A stretch of 64,000 nt of DNA from NCBI RefSeq assembly GCF_009914755.1, contig NC_060934.1; one strand, written 5' to 3'. The notes beneath the pieces are model-generated. The model was not told where the DNA came from, searched no databases, and worked only from the letters and a program-made list of their open reading frames with translations. The position numbers were made by a program, and so were the translations under genes. The DNA comes from the human T2T-CHM13v2.0 reference genome, Homo sapiens. Within the stretch, counting starts at the first letter, position 1, and every line of letters begins with the position of its first letter. Of the stretch, positions 1-12,850 are shown piece after piece.

Positions 1-508
<508 letters not shown>

Positions 509-530
509 AGACGGAAAGTGTTGCTCTAAG

Positions 531-538
531 TATTTATG
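531..538 (-). promoter_or_regulatory. TATA-like box (CATAAATA)
   Basis: + strand TATTTATG, located about -23 to -30 from the inferred TSS. Confidence 0.75.
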
Positions 539-557
539 GGCAGGTCTTCAATACCCG

Positions 558-565
558 TGACGTCG
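558..565. promoter_or_regulatory. CRE/ATF-like site TGACGTCG
   Basis: 7/8 match to TGACGTCA, lying between the TATA-like box and the CArG box, as is typical of immediate-early promoters. Confidence 0.7.
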
Positions 566-569
566 CTGC

Positions 570-579
570 CCATATATGG
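570..579. promoter_or_regulatory. Proximal CArG box / serum response element CCATATATGG
   Basis: Perfect palindromic CC(A/T)6GG; EGR2 is an established SRF-responsive immediate-early gene. Confidence 0.9.
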
Positions 580-614
580 ACTGAGGAACAGGGCTGGGCC
601 AGGCGGCTTTTGCC

Positions 615-634
615 GTCACATGGCTGATTTGCAT
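615..634. promoter_or_regulatory. E-box (GTCACATG) plus octamer (ATTTGCAT)
   Basis: GTCACATG at 615-622; ATTTGCAT (reverse of ATGCAAAT) at 627-634. Confidence 0.6.
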
Positions 635-848
635 ACACGGGCTCGGCCGCGCGGACTCCGCCGGGCTCGCGACTTCCAGCTCGCAGGCGGCGGGGATCCC
701 TGGGGTCCCGGGCGCGCGGCCCTAGCTGCAGCCTGGGTCCGGGGCGCAGGGATCGCGGGGGAGAGGGCGCGCCATGGACCCAGTCACAGCCACAGCAGGA
801 GAGCGAGCTGCTCCAGGCTGCGGCTCAGCCTCCCGGGGCGGGGAGGAA

Positions 849-878
849 TTCCGGTTCTCTGGGACTTTCCAAAAAAGG
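849..878. promoter_or_regulatory. ETS core, NF-kB site and distal CArG box cluster
   Basis: TTCCGG (CCGGAA on - strand) at 849-854; GGGACTTTCC at 861-870; CCAAAAAAGG at 869-878. Confidence 0.75.
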
Positions 879-1483
879 CGAAGATCCGGTGCCGGCGGCT
901 CCGCCTCCCTAGCCCTTGTTTGGGAGCCATTCCGGAAAATTAAACTTCGGAAAGAAACCGAGCGGAGCCGAGACACTACAGTCAAACCCCTACTCACTTT
1001 CTTGGCAGCTCAAAACCGCAAGCAAAAGGAGGCAGCGAAGAAAAAAAAAGCTACATGCATTCACGGAAGCTGACTGCTTTTTTCTGAATTACTTGGTGGA
1101 AAGAAGTGGCTGGTGATAAGAGTGAATGCGTATTGCTTTTTTGGAAAGTCTGTTCTATTTATACAGGAGCGAAAACGGAACAGGTTTGGGTTGTTTGTTT
1201 GTTTAAGTATTTTGGGCACCTTGGGACTGGGAGGGTAAACCCTAGGAGGAGCAGAATTACTGTGGGGAGCTTCGAGAGAAATCCTCAGCCGGAGACACCC
1301 TCCTTCCTCTGCCCGCGCGCTCCCCGCCCCCCTTCAGCTGCTGCGCGGAGCGGGCGCCCTTCCCGGCGCGTCTGGGCGGTCGGCTGCGTGGGGGCGTCCA
1401 GATGGAAGCTTGGACACTCACCCTGCCCCTCCAGACACACATACACACACACTCACACTCGCTCCACTTCCGCTACACACTCC

Positions 1484-1492
1484 CGCCCCCGC
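1484..1492 (-). promoter_or_regulatory. EGR-family consensus site GCGGGGGCG
   Basis: + strand CGCCCCCGC; a related GCGTGGGGGCG lies at 1386-1396. Confidence 0.55.
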
Positions 1493-2077
1493 TGCCCTCT
1501 TCACACACCCGCTCACACACCTTACACTACACACCTCCCTGTTGACTGCGTCCGCGCGCCGTCGTTGCCAGCAGTGTCCCGGCGGCAGAGCGGGCTCCGG
1601 GCTCGCTGGACAGGAGGTTCTATGAAGACACTGGCCTAACCTTCACTACCGGTCCCTGCAGCCACAGAATCCCCCTGACCCCCATAGCCCAGGATCCAGG
1701 ACCGCGCCCTGCCCGCACCCGAGCCAAGATACACGTACTAGAATAAATATTTTCTCTCCCTCCCCAAAAAACACCTCGGTGAGCCCAGCGCGGTCCTCAG
1801 TGACGGCCGAAAGCATCTCTAATCACTTTCAAGACGCCATCCCCATCCCCCAACCCACTCGTTTTACTTTGCGAGACCCCGGTAGAAACCCTTCTGTTTC
1901 GTTCCCAAAGCAATTTTTAAAAACTTTTCCAAAGTCCAAATAGCAGCAGGTTCTGGCTTGCTGGGCGCAAAGCTTCTACCTCCCAGTGCGCCCCAGCCCG
2001 CAATGGATAGCCGGGCCTGTCCGGGGCCCCACAGGAGGCTGGTCCCGGGTGCCCAAGTCCAGCGCACCGCCGCCTGC

Positions 2078-2086
2078 ATGACTCAT
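2078..2086. promoter_or_regulatory. AP-1 site ATGACTCAT
   Basis: Extended palindromic TRE inside the CpG island. Confidence 0.5.
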
Positions 2087-2682
2087 TCATGGTCGTTTGT
2101 GCAGGTTGCGAACTGCCCCAGAGCCCTTTCCCGCTCCAAAGCCGCGGAGGCCAGGGATAACGCGCAGGGTCAGCCTCGCAGGCCTGTCCTGTCCCTTTTT
2201 CACCCCGGGCCCGGAGCGGCCCTAGCTTAGTGTGGGCCGGGGCGGGCGGGAGCCACGGCGCCACGCCGTGGAGGAAGCGCGGCGCTGCAGGCGGGTCTTC
2301 AGCCGCTCACCTGCCTCGACCGCTGCAGCCGTGCGCCAGCTCTCGCCGGGCCCAGCGCACCGCGGTCAGGGCCCTGAGGCTGCCGGGAGCGGTCTCTCCC
2401 TCTGCTCTTCCACTGAAGCGCTGCTTCTCCCCCTCCCTCCAAAACAGCCGGTATCCAGCGGCCGGCCATCTCTCTGACTTAAGTCACCCAGAGCACATTT
2501 GGGAAAGTTTCTCGCTCGCGCTGTGCGCTTTTTTCCAATTGGGGATGAAAAGGACATGGAAAGAAATCGCAGCAAGGTTAGCACCCTAGTAGATACCCCA
2601 CCCCAGCAAAAATGTGCAAAGTCCTATTTCTCAAGAAAGAAAGAAAGAAAAGAAAAGCAAGAAAAGATAGCTGCGTTCTTAC

Positions 2683-3310
2683 CACGTGCGCCAGCCCACT
2701 CCGCCTGCGCTCTGGCGGGTCCCGCGGCCCCCGCGCTGACCATGGGCAAGACGACGCCTCGGAAGGGAGTCCGACTCGCATCTCGGGCCCTGAGTCCGAA
2801 AGAACGGGGGAAAGCCGAATTATGCAAATGCGGATCCCTGCGATGGGGCTCGGGTTACGGCCCCCGCCGGCCCCTTAGGTGAGGCACCCACCGGCAGCAA
2901 GCGCGGGCGAGGCGACTGCTCGCGCTTCGCTCCTCTCTGCGCACGTGGGCGGACCGGCAGGCGGGCGAGTTGCCCGGGCCGCCCCGCGACTGGCGCTGCT
3001 GCCAAACCCGCCGGCGGTCGCCGCGCGCCACCCCGAGGGGGAGCTCCTGGACGCCCGAGTGCCCGGCCAGCAGGGCGCGGAGGGCAGGACCGGGGCTGGG
3101 GGCGGGGCGGGGTGCCTGAGCGAGGGAAAACCGCGAGGTCTTCGGCTGCCACCTTTCCCGGAGGAGGATGCCAGTAGAAGGCGGGTGGAGGAGGGGGCCC
3201 CATCAAGGAGTCTTGAAAGCACATTAGAGTAAATGAGAGTGACTGACCCTCTGAAATTCTTGTGAGCTTTCCAAGGACTCACACCTCCCCCTAAGAGCTA
3301 CGCTGCATCA
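2683..3310 (-). other. EGR2: Candidate upstream non-coding first exon / alternative promoter of EGR2
   Basis: Minus-strand donor GTG|GTAAGA (GT at 2682-2681), GC boxes, and an octamer at 2822-2829. I recall EGR2 variants starting ~2.8 kb upstream of the main TSS. The 5' boundary is uncertain. Confidence 0.45.
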
Positions 3311-5089
3311 GCCTGGGGTGCGCAGGGAATGGAGTGGGGGCGGGGACGGGCGGCAGCTGCGGGGAGGCCGGGGAATGCCTGGGGCCAGTCCTGGGAGGCC
3401 TTTATTGAACCTCCGCTGAAACAAGTCAGTAGATAACTCTCGTAACCTTTGTTTTTTTGAGTGTCTCTTGAAGTACCAACCCTTAAATATGGGTAGTGCA
3501 GATAATGGAACAGAATCAAGGCGCACCCTTTCAAGCCAGCCACCCTGTGGATAAGCTCAGAAAGCTAAAGTGGCTTGCCTAAAGTCACGTAGCTGGTAAG
3601 TGGTCGTGTCCAAACTTGCAGCTGGGTCTTCTGAATCCAAGTACAGCGCACAGTGGTCGCTACATCGTGCCCTCAGGAAAACCCAGGTCTGAAAAGTGAA
3701 CACTTCTTTGAGGATTGGGAGCCTGACTCAGCCCACTAGGGAAGAATCAGGCCGCCTCCGCCAATTTCATCTCCTTTCTTTGCCATTTCTGAGGAGAGCA
3801 AAGCTGAGGTCAGGGCTTTCTACAGGCAAGGAGGAAGGGACAGTCATGGACACGCCCCCTGCCCACTGTAAAGGGAGAATTTGAGTTCTTGGGCTCTCCA
3901 GACCTAGATTGTGGATGGAATAGCCAGGCTGGCACAAAGCCAGCATACTAATAGGCGCTGTCATAAGAGAAGCTAGCCCCACAGTATCCTTCCTGGAGAC
4001 AAGAAGAGGTGAGAAAAGAAAGAAGTGCGGACAAGTAAAAACTCCAAAGGGTTTACTGAGCAAGATACTGTGCTGGAGGTGGAGGGGTGTGGGGATGGAG
4101 AATGTGAGAGTTGAATACAAACATGTACCATGGTCCCTACTATTAAGCATTTGAACTTTTTTGTTTTGATTAAAAATCCAACAAAGAAACAACTTTCTTT
4201 AAAATAGACCTGTAAAAATGCCCGACTAAATGGGGCACTCCAAGATGTATCAGGGCTATTAAAAGAGTAGCAAACTCATGCCAGATTCCAATTTGCTTTG
4301 TCCAGATTCCAGAGCCAGAAAGTAAAATAACAACGATGCAGAGAAACCCTTTAGTAGGCTTGCTCCTGGGGTTGCGGGAGAGTGTTTAGGGTGACAAGCA
4401 GGGGTGGCAACCTGAGGGTCCTAGCTGGACCCCAGAGTCTCCTGAGTGATTTTCAGGTTTTTTTTTTTAACCCAGATTTGAAATTCTCATTTACAGTGTG
4501 GTGACAGGATCACCATCAGCCAAGAGGGATGTCACAAATAATTTGTTCATATTTGTGTTTTGATTTATTAACATTCTTGCACATCATTATAGGCTCTACC
4601 TATTGTAATGTCATTTTTGTTCCCTTCCATACTAATACTGTTACTGGAGTGGAAGACAAAAGAAGGTCAGAATTTGCCTTAACTGTGGACACTCATGAGG
4701 GTGGGGACCTCAAACTTGAATGGCATAGAACATGTGCACTTCGGTGAAAATCAGATCAATTGCCAACTCTGCCATCCACCTAAAGTGCCCCTGCATGCTG
4801 AAAAAAAGTGATAAATGGTTCTCTACGTTTCAGCATCTCACTACTAATCTGGTAATCCCAGAGGCTATAAACCAAGCCCAGGCTACGCCAATCAGAACTG
4901 TTGTGAAGCTTGAGGAAAGCATTGCTTTGCACCAGTCCAATGTACAACTTAAGTCACGTGTCATTGGCACAAATAATCTGGACAGGAGGAGATAAGAGCT
5001 CTATGATCTAATTTTGTAGAAGCAGCAGCACAAGCAGCAGCACTGGCCCAAGCAGTGGGTGCTCAGGTTCCCTTTAGATATTTCGTGTG

Positions 5090-5420
5090 CCTCTCTACCA
5101 GGTGTCCATCACTACACCAAACCCCAGGGATATAATGGTGCCTAAAATTAGGCCTGGTTCCCACCCCATGGAATTAGCATTGTGCATCACACAAATACAT
5201 GACTATGAACAATGACAGTGTTTGATCCCAATGAAAGAAAATGACAAAGGACCCAGTTGAATCTAGGAGGTTGAGGAAGACTTCTCTAAGCAGAGATCTG
5301 AAGGATGTGCAAGGATTGGGGGAAGGTCAGTGGAGACAGCATTCCAGGGAGAAAGAACAGGTGTTGAAAGGTGCCAAGGTGGAGGGAAGCAAAGTTCATT
5401 TGAAGAATGGAGAAAGTCCA
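5090..5420 (-). mobile_element. L2 LINE fragment
   Basis: Degenerate L2 antisense motifs (...ctaagcagagatctgaaggatg...gcattccagggagaaagaacag...). Confidence 0.6.
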
Positions 5421-6339
5421 TGGTTGGTGGAAACTTCTGAGGCCATCTCCATGTCTAGTGCACTGGGGCTGAAGGTAGCCAATACAGGCATCCTCCTTGG
5501 AGTGTCTCCGGAGAGATTTCATTCTCCAAGAGTCTTTCTTTGCTCTGCCATTTCTTTTTCTGGCTAATGACAGTGACATTAGAATTTTTACATTTGAAAT
5601 TTTTTACCACTCAGCTTCTGCAGACAAATGAGAACATGCTGACAAGGTTTCAGCAAGGAGAACATACACAAAAATGCTTATTGATATTAGCATTGTGTCT
5701 TGGTGACAGTCGTAATGAAAAACATTTCTTAGTTGTCTATTTCTTAATAAGGAAATGACAGACTGTGTGAATTTTGTCCCATTTTAAATGAATAGAGTTT
5801 GTAAGTGCAGTTTTATCTAGTAGAAACACATCCTGACAAATCTACAGATCACTTTACCATTGCTGGCAAAAGACAAAAGGTAAATCAATGCATGGTATAT
5901 CATGACTGTTTAAGACAAGGTACATACAAACCTGATGTCCACTTTAATAAGTGATAGGCTGTCAGTCTGATCATAAAGGCTCAAAGCATAATCTTCATCC
6001 AAAATCATGCCTTTTTATATTTTCTATTCTTTCAGCTTATACCTTTAATTTATTATCTCTAATTGTATAAAAAATAAAGTTTGCTATAACTGAGGAGCTT
6101 ACGGATTTTTAGACACATATTACTAGCCTGCTTATATTACCAGGTTACGGGGAGCAATTTTTCTTCTTCCAAATGATGTCATACTTGTTGTAGAAGCTTT
6201 GCTTTTATACTGACAAAAGGACCAGGCCAGTCAGTGCATCCAGTTGTCAGAGCAGTTGCTTTGCAGCATTAAACCAAAAAAGAAAGCAAATTGTATATTT
6301 CAATCAGATAATCTTAATAAGAATGGTCACTATTTCTCA

Positions 6340-6930
<591 letters not shown>

Positions 6931-9850
6931 ATTAAATCATTACTATTATTGACTGTTCACTCTGCACCAGACACTTTACTATGTTCTAGGTTCATTGCTT
7001 CATTCCTCACAACCACCTTGAGAAACAGGTCTGTTTATTCTCATTTTACTGATGAGGGAACTAAAGCTCAGGGAAGATACACAGCTCACCCAAGTTCACA
7101 CAGAACCAGAATATGAACTCTGTTCTCTCAATCACCAAAGCCCACATGTTTCAAGTACATTATATAATGTAGAACAACCCACAGCAGATAAAAGCAAGAC
7201 AGTGGCCATACTTCAAACATTGATATATGAAGTATTTGTCGCTTTTTTCCAAAATTCTGAGCTTCAGCTTCCAAGAACATTGATAATATCATTACTGAGC
7301 AGGCGAAAAAGGAACCCAGAAGGCAGAGGTTATTGGCATGTAATTTAAAACAAGCTATACCTTTGTGGAAAATGTCATCTAAACTTGGAAAGCCAAGTTC
7401 CACATTAATAATAATCTAATTAATATATCATCTTTTTTTCCAGTGAGACCATAATGCATAATAATAGCACTGTTGTTCTTCCAAGGAGGTTTGGGAATAT
7501 AGAACCAAAATATAAAATTTAGGAAGAATGTGTTAGCAAATTTCCTGCGAAATCTAGAGACAGTGCTCCATAAGGGGCATTCTTAGCCTTGTACAACCCA
7601 TGTAGGAGCATGTCCCCGTGGGATCTTCTCACATATTCTCCATGCCATTACTTTTTCAACTTTATTATAAATCTCCTTAAGGCAGGGACATCAGAAATGT
7701 GTTCTCTGTTTATATTCCAATCAAGCAAAGTTCTGGATAGGAATCCAATATATGCCTTTCCAGTGACGAGAGGCATCTGAGATTTTTATACTATCTTGTC
7801 AGATAATTCCCAATTAATTCTACCCATCCCACTGCATGCTATGTCTAACAGTTTCTTAGGGAGATGTTGTATTCAGAACAAGGGCAAGGACCCTAGAAAG
7901 CATCCTCTGAAGGGTTTGTCCTCAGATATCCCCTTTTGCAGAGGTTTAAATCATTAAGGTCTGAGGGGCCACTCTCTGTCTTCAGGATAGTGAGTGCTAC
8001 TGACATGGTAGCAGCCAGCAGTGAGCCACCCCCTCTCCTTCCTGACTCCTCTCCCACCTACTACTAGTCCCAGATGCAGGGCAATCCAGGTAGCCTGGGG
8101 AATGGAAAGGACTCAAGGCACAGAGTTTCAGTTCTGCCTCTGACAATGGCTGATGGTGCTATTTGGGGTAGGTGGTTGATGCTAGAAGGCACCACCTGTG
8201 CTTGCTGCAGTCACATCACTCAAACCTTTAGTGACAGCCTTGGGAGATAGGCTTTTCTTTCCCTGTATCCAGTGATGCTTCTTAACCTCATGCCACAAAG
8301 AGGTAGAGACATCACATCCCCTTGTGCCTGCCAGAATTTTAAGTAGCAGCCAAGGGGGCCATAATGTTTAGAAAAAGAGTTTTACATCTTCACTATTTTG
8401 AGTGAGAAAGGTGGAGGGAGCAGGGGAGAGGATTGGGCAGAAAGAAAATGCAAGAAGCTGGTGCTGGGTACAACACTGTGTACTGGAAATACCATGAGAT
8501 TAGGAATTGGCCTTAATAGTTGCCTCTCCATCATAATAATGGTTGATATTTATTGAGCATTTCAGGATGCTAAACACTTTCATGACTGGGATGCTTTATC
8601 TGTTTTAATCTACCAATCACACTATGAAGCAGATATCATTATACTCAGGAAACTGAGTCACCAAAGCCCAAGTTGCAGAGCTGATTAAGTGGAAGTGCCA
8701 AGACGTGAACCCAAGTAGTCTGACTCCATTACTGGTGTTCCCAGTACCTACTCTAACCGGTGTAACTAGACAAGTGACTTAGCATCTCTGAGCCTCTGTT
8801 TCTTCATCTTGAAAATGAGACTGGGTATTCCTGCCCTAAGTGCCATTGGCCAGAGCATTGCGAGACATCCAAGGAAGACCACATTCTGAAAAGCAGGACA
8901 ATACTGCAAATATAATTGTTGTCTCCCAGGGCAATTGTTTGGGTTGCTGGGCCTTCAGAGGCAGGGCTGAATATAGATTGGGGTAGGTTGGGAGGCCAAG
9001 TTTATGATTCCAGGACAAGGCATCAACCATTGAACTCACTTGTGACTTGTTTGCTTGCTGACCAATCCTAAGGCCCTTTAAAGTGGCCTCTTTTCCTCTC
9101 CTCACAGTGCAGAGTGGTCCATATCTGTGTTTTCCTTCTCATGTGGAGATAGGGGAGTGGGGAAATGTCCCTTGGAGTCTTGGGGCCTTTGTAACTAGGC
9201 CTTGGTGGGTCTGCTTCTCCTGATACTAATAGCAGGCCCAGACACATGGTCATACTCCTTCTCGCATCCTCATAATTAACTAGATTGTGTGCTTCCCTCT
9301 AAGGGCTGTTGTGGTGCCAGTGTGCTCACTACTAACAGAACAATTTCAATCAATGGCCTTGTATGCTCAAAAGAGAGTCTCCCCAGAGACCTGGCAACCC
9401 CCAGCCTTTTGGAATTAGACAGATTGCTTTTTTAAAATACGATTATTCAGACAACAACCCATGAACACTTCAAAAAGAGGAAAACTGGAACAATTTATTA
9501 CAGCCTTTCTTCCCTTTATTTGAATTTCATGAAACAAGCGGCACCAAAAACATGTCCAAAGTGACCATTTTCGTCCTCTCACCTGTTACTCAGAAATCCT
9601 AGAGATGGAAGGTGCTTTAACAAGGGAGCTTATTCCTCACTTTTCCTGTGTTTCAGGCTTTTTAAAATCACAGATTGCTCTCACAGAATAGCAAGTAGAG
9701 TGGACTGTTACCAGACAAATAGAAACTAGTATCTGGAAGCCCAATATGTATAAATATTAGGTAAAAGATGGGTGGGTGGCTGTAGTGGAACCTGAGTGGA
9801 CTTGACTCCTTCCCCACTGTGCAAATTCCTGATGAAGAGGACTGAGACAC

Positions 9851-10284
9851 TGTGATGGTTAATACTGAGTGTCAACTTGATTGGATGGAAGAATACAAAG
9901 TATTGATCCTGGGCGTGTCTGTGAGGGTGTTGCCAAAGGAGATTAACATTTGAGTCAGTGGGCTGGGAAAGGCAGACCCACCCTTAATCTGGGTGGGCAC
10001 AGTCTAATCAGCTGCCAGCGCAGCTAAAATATAAGCAGGCAGAAAAATGTGAAAAGAGAGACTGGCCTAGTCTCCCAACATACATCTTTCTCCCATGCTG
10101 GATGCTTCCTGCCCTAGAACATCAGACTCAGCTTTGGAACTCAGACTGGCTATCCTTGCTCCTCAGCCTGCAGACAGCCTATTGTGGGACCTTGTGATTG
10201 TGTGAGATAATACTTAATAAACTCCCCTTTATATATTTATCTATTCCATTAGTTCTGTCCTCTAGAGAACCCTGACTAATAACA
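9851..10284 (+). mobile_element. MLT2A-type solo LTR (HERV-L)
   Basis: Starts TGTGATGGTTAATACTGAGTGTCAACTTGATTGG and ends AGAGAACCCTGACTAATAACA; AATAAA near 10216; flanks GACAC/GACAG form a near 5-bp TSD. Confidence 0.9.
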
Positions 10285-12084
10285 GACAGCTTGTCCAAAT
10301 TCCCTGGGATTTGAAGGCCACTGCTCTAACTTAGAGGCTCAGCCCACATTATGCTGAGCCAGGGGCTGTGGATAAGCAGGTAGGTGAACCAGAGGGTAAC
10401 TTCTCTCACTTCCAAATGCCCAGACTAGCTCATAGTGTTCCTTTATCCATTCAGCAAATATTTATTAAGCACCTACTATATGCTAGGTATTATGCTAGAT
10501 GCTTGGAATGCATCAGTGAACAAAACTCCCTGTCTTCATGGAGCTCACATCCTGAAAATTCTTATGAATTTAGTTCCAGGAACCAAAAAAGGGAACTAAG
10601 TTTGTAGTGTCTTCCTCTATCTTCAGCCAGAATCACATTTAAACCACCCACACTCAGGTATGAATCTCTCCTAAGGCCATCAGAGAAAGAATACCAAACT
10701 TGTTTTAGTAACTCATTCCAGTGTTTAATACGCTCACAAGACATTCTTCAGAGATAGAATACACCTTATTTTAGTAGGCATTTTGTTTTGTTTTTTCCTC
10801 AGGAAACCTGATAGAAGTTAGTCACAATGTTCTGGGTAAGAACCAGTCACAGGCTGGAATAGAGCCCTCAAACTTCTCTGTTTAACGTGGATAGAATCTC
10901 AGTTTCTATAGCCTGTCCCCAGGATTTTAATGTTTTGAGCCTTTCATCATCCACATCAACTCTCTGATGAATTTCCTCCACACTTCCCAGTGGTTGTAAA
11001 GCCCAGTAAGCCACTTTAGGTGCCACTCTACCCTTTCCAAGTCCCTTTCACTCACATTACTTCATATATAACCCTGTGATGTTGGCAAGGCCATGTTCAC
11101 CTCTCCCACTGCCCAGAGAAGCCAAGTGAGCCCCAGAGGGGCCAAGTGACTTACCTAAGGTCACGTAGCTAGTAATGAGACAGAGGCAGCATTGCCAGCC
11201 AGGTCTCCAGGTGCTGAACTTCAGAGTTCTGTCTCATGGGAGCCTCAGCTACCAGTTGGGAAGGCCCAGGTATGTGAAAGCTTGTGCAATCCCTGAGACA
11301 TTTTGATGGCTGGTGGCCAGTTAACATTTAGGTCATGTGTTTTCTTCCCCAGGGGTGTGCTGACCCTGTTCTGTACCCTGTGTCATATGACCCCTAAAGG
11401 TAAGGACTGGTAGCATAAAGTAAAATGATAACCACCATCAACCAGCCAGTTCCTGGCCTTCTAGGTCATCAGAGGCAGGTTGGGGCCCCACCAGCCCTAG
11501 GTCCATCCCCATTAGTACTCATTTGTCCCATTTCTGTGAGGTTGGCACTGACTCAGTGATTGCCACCCTCTGGGTTATCAGCCTGTGGTGCAACCAGAAG
11601 AGATTCTCATCTGTGTGAGGTGGCTCGAGTGTGGTTGGGTCTTGACTGGGGTGACCAGCCTGACCAGGTGGAGGAGATAGATTCATCCACATCATCAACA
11701 GAAGGCTTTGATGGCTTTGTTTTTTTCCAAACTTAGGTAACCTGTGCCACAGTATGCTCAAAAATGATCACCACATTATTTTCAGATGAAGCCATTTGTG
11801 TTTGTGGCTAAAATTTGGCCTCATCATAATTCACGTAATGGGTAACACTACACTGCCCTTTCAGTCTTGCCCAGAGGGTTGCAAGAGGGTCCTTAATATA
11901 ATGAAAGGAATTGGTGTATAGTTACAGGAACTGGCCGGTAACTGTGCTGGGCCATCTTCTGACCTGACTCATTATAAGAATCCTAGTCCCAATAATCTAT
12001 TGTAGAACAATAATAACAGCAAAGAAAATGCCCTTTAAGAAGCTAATTTTGAAATAATCTGGGTTCCCATTATAATTTTTTTAA

Positions 12085-12850
12085 AAATCCACTCCTTACC
12101 ACAACCTGCAAGTCTCTACATCAGGGGTCCCCAACCCCCAGGGCTACAGACTGGCACCAGGAACTGTTAGGAAGTGGGCTGCACAGCAGGAGGTGGAGAG
12201 TGAGCATTACTACCTGAGCTCCACCTCCTGTCAGATCAGTGGCGGCATTAGATTCTCATAGGAGCATGAATCCTATTGTGAACTGTCCATGCAAAGGATC
12301 TAAGTTGTGTGCTCCTTATGAGAATCTAATAATGCCTGATGATCTGAGGTGCAAGAGTTTCATCCTGAAACCATCCCCCGACCATGTCTGTGGAAAATCT
12401 GTCTTCCACAAAACCAGTCCCTGGTGCCAAAAAACGTTGGGGACCACTGCTGTAGATGACCTGGCCTTGTCCTACTTCTCCAATTAACGTGTCTCTCCTC
12501 TCTCCCCACTGCTCACCATGCTCAAACATTCCATGCTCCTTCTCATCCTGTGCACCAGCTATTCCCCTTGTCTAGAATGACCCCTGCCCCTACCCTTTGG
12601 TCATCCTATGCCTAGTCCTTATTCAAATCTCAACACAAGCCTTCCCTTCCCAACCCTCCCCTCTGTTCCTTGGTCACCCTGACCATTACTGTGATTTATT
12701 TTCTTATATTAGGTATATTTTTAGTGAGTATAAGCTCCATGAAGGTAAGGGCAATGCCTATCTGGACGGTCACTGTATCCCCCCACCAACAACAGTGCTG
12801 GCACAGAGGAATGTGCAGTAAGCATTTATTGAATGGATGGGATGAATGAG
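12085..12850 (+). mobile_element. L2 3' fragment interrupted by MER1B
   Basis: 3' end taagctccatgaaggtaaggg...gcatttattgaatggatgggatgaatga. Confidence 0.7.
12122..12449 (+). mobile_element. MER1B-like hAT-Charlie non-autonomous DNA transposon
   Basis: TIRs CAGGGGTCCCCAAC / GTTGGGGACCACTG; 8-bp flanks CTCTACAT / CTGTAGAT. Confidence 0.88.

Larger units (their letters stand above)
550..3380. promoter_or_regulatory. CpG island(s) over the EGR2 proximal and upstream promoters
   Basis: Visibly very high GC and CpG density (e.g. 640-900, 1310-1600, 1990-2470, 2680-3190) against CpG-depleted flanks. Confidence 0.9.

Noticed and set aside
536-3543. Many overlapping 60-177 aa ORFs on both strands
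   Set aside because: Expected in GC-rich CpG-island DNA with few stop codons; the peptides are low-complexity Pro/Arg/Gly/Ala with no recognisable domain
8648-8660. GGAAACTGAGTCA as an NFAT:AP-1 composite
   Set aside because: The spacing is shorter than the canonical composite, and the sequence derives from the MIR core (GGAAACTGAGGC)
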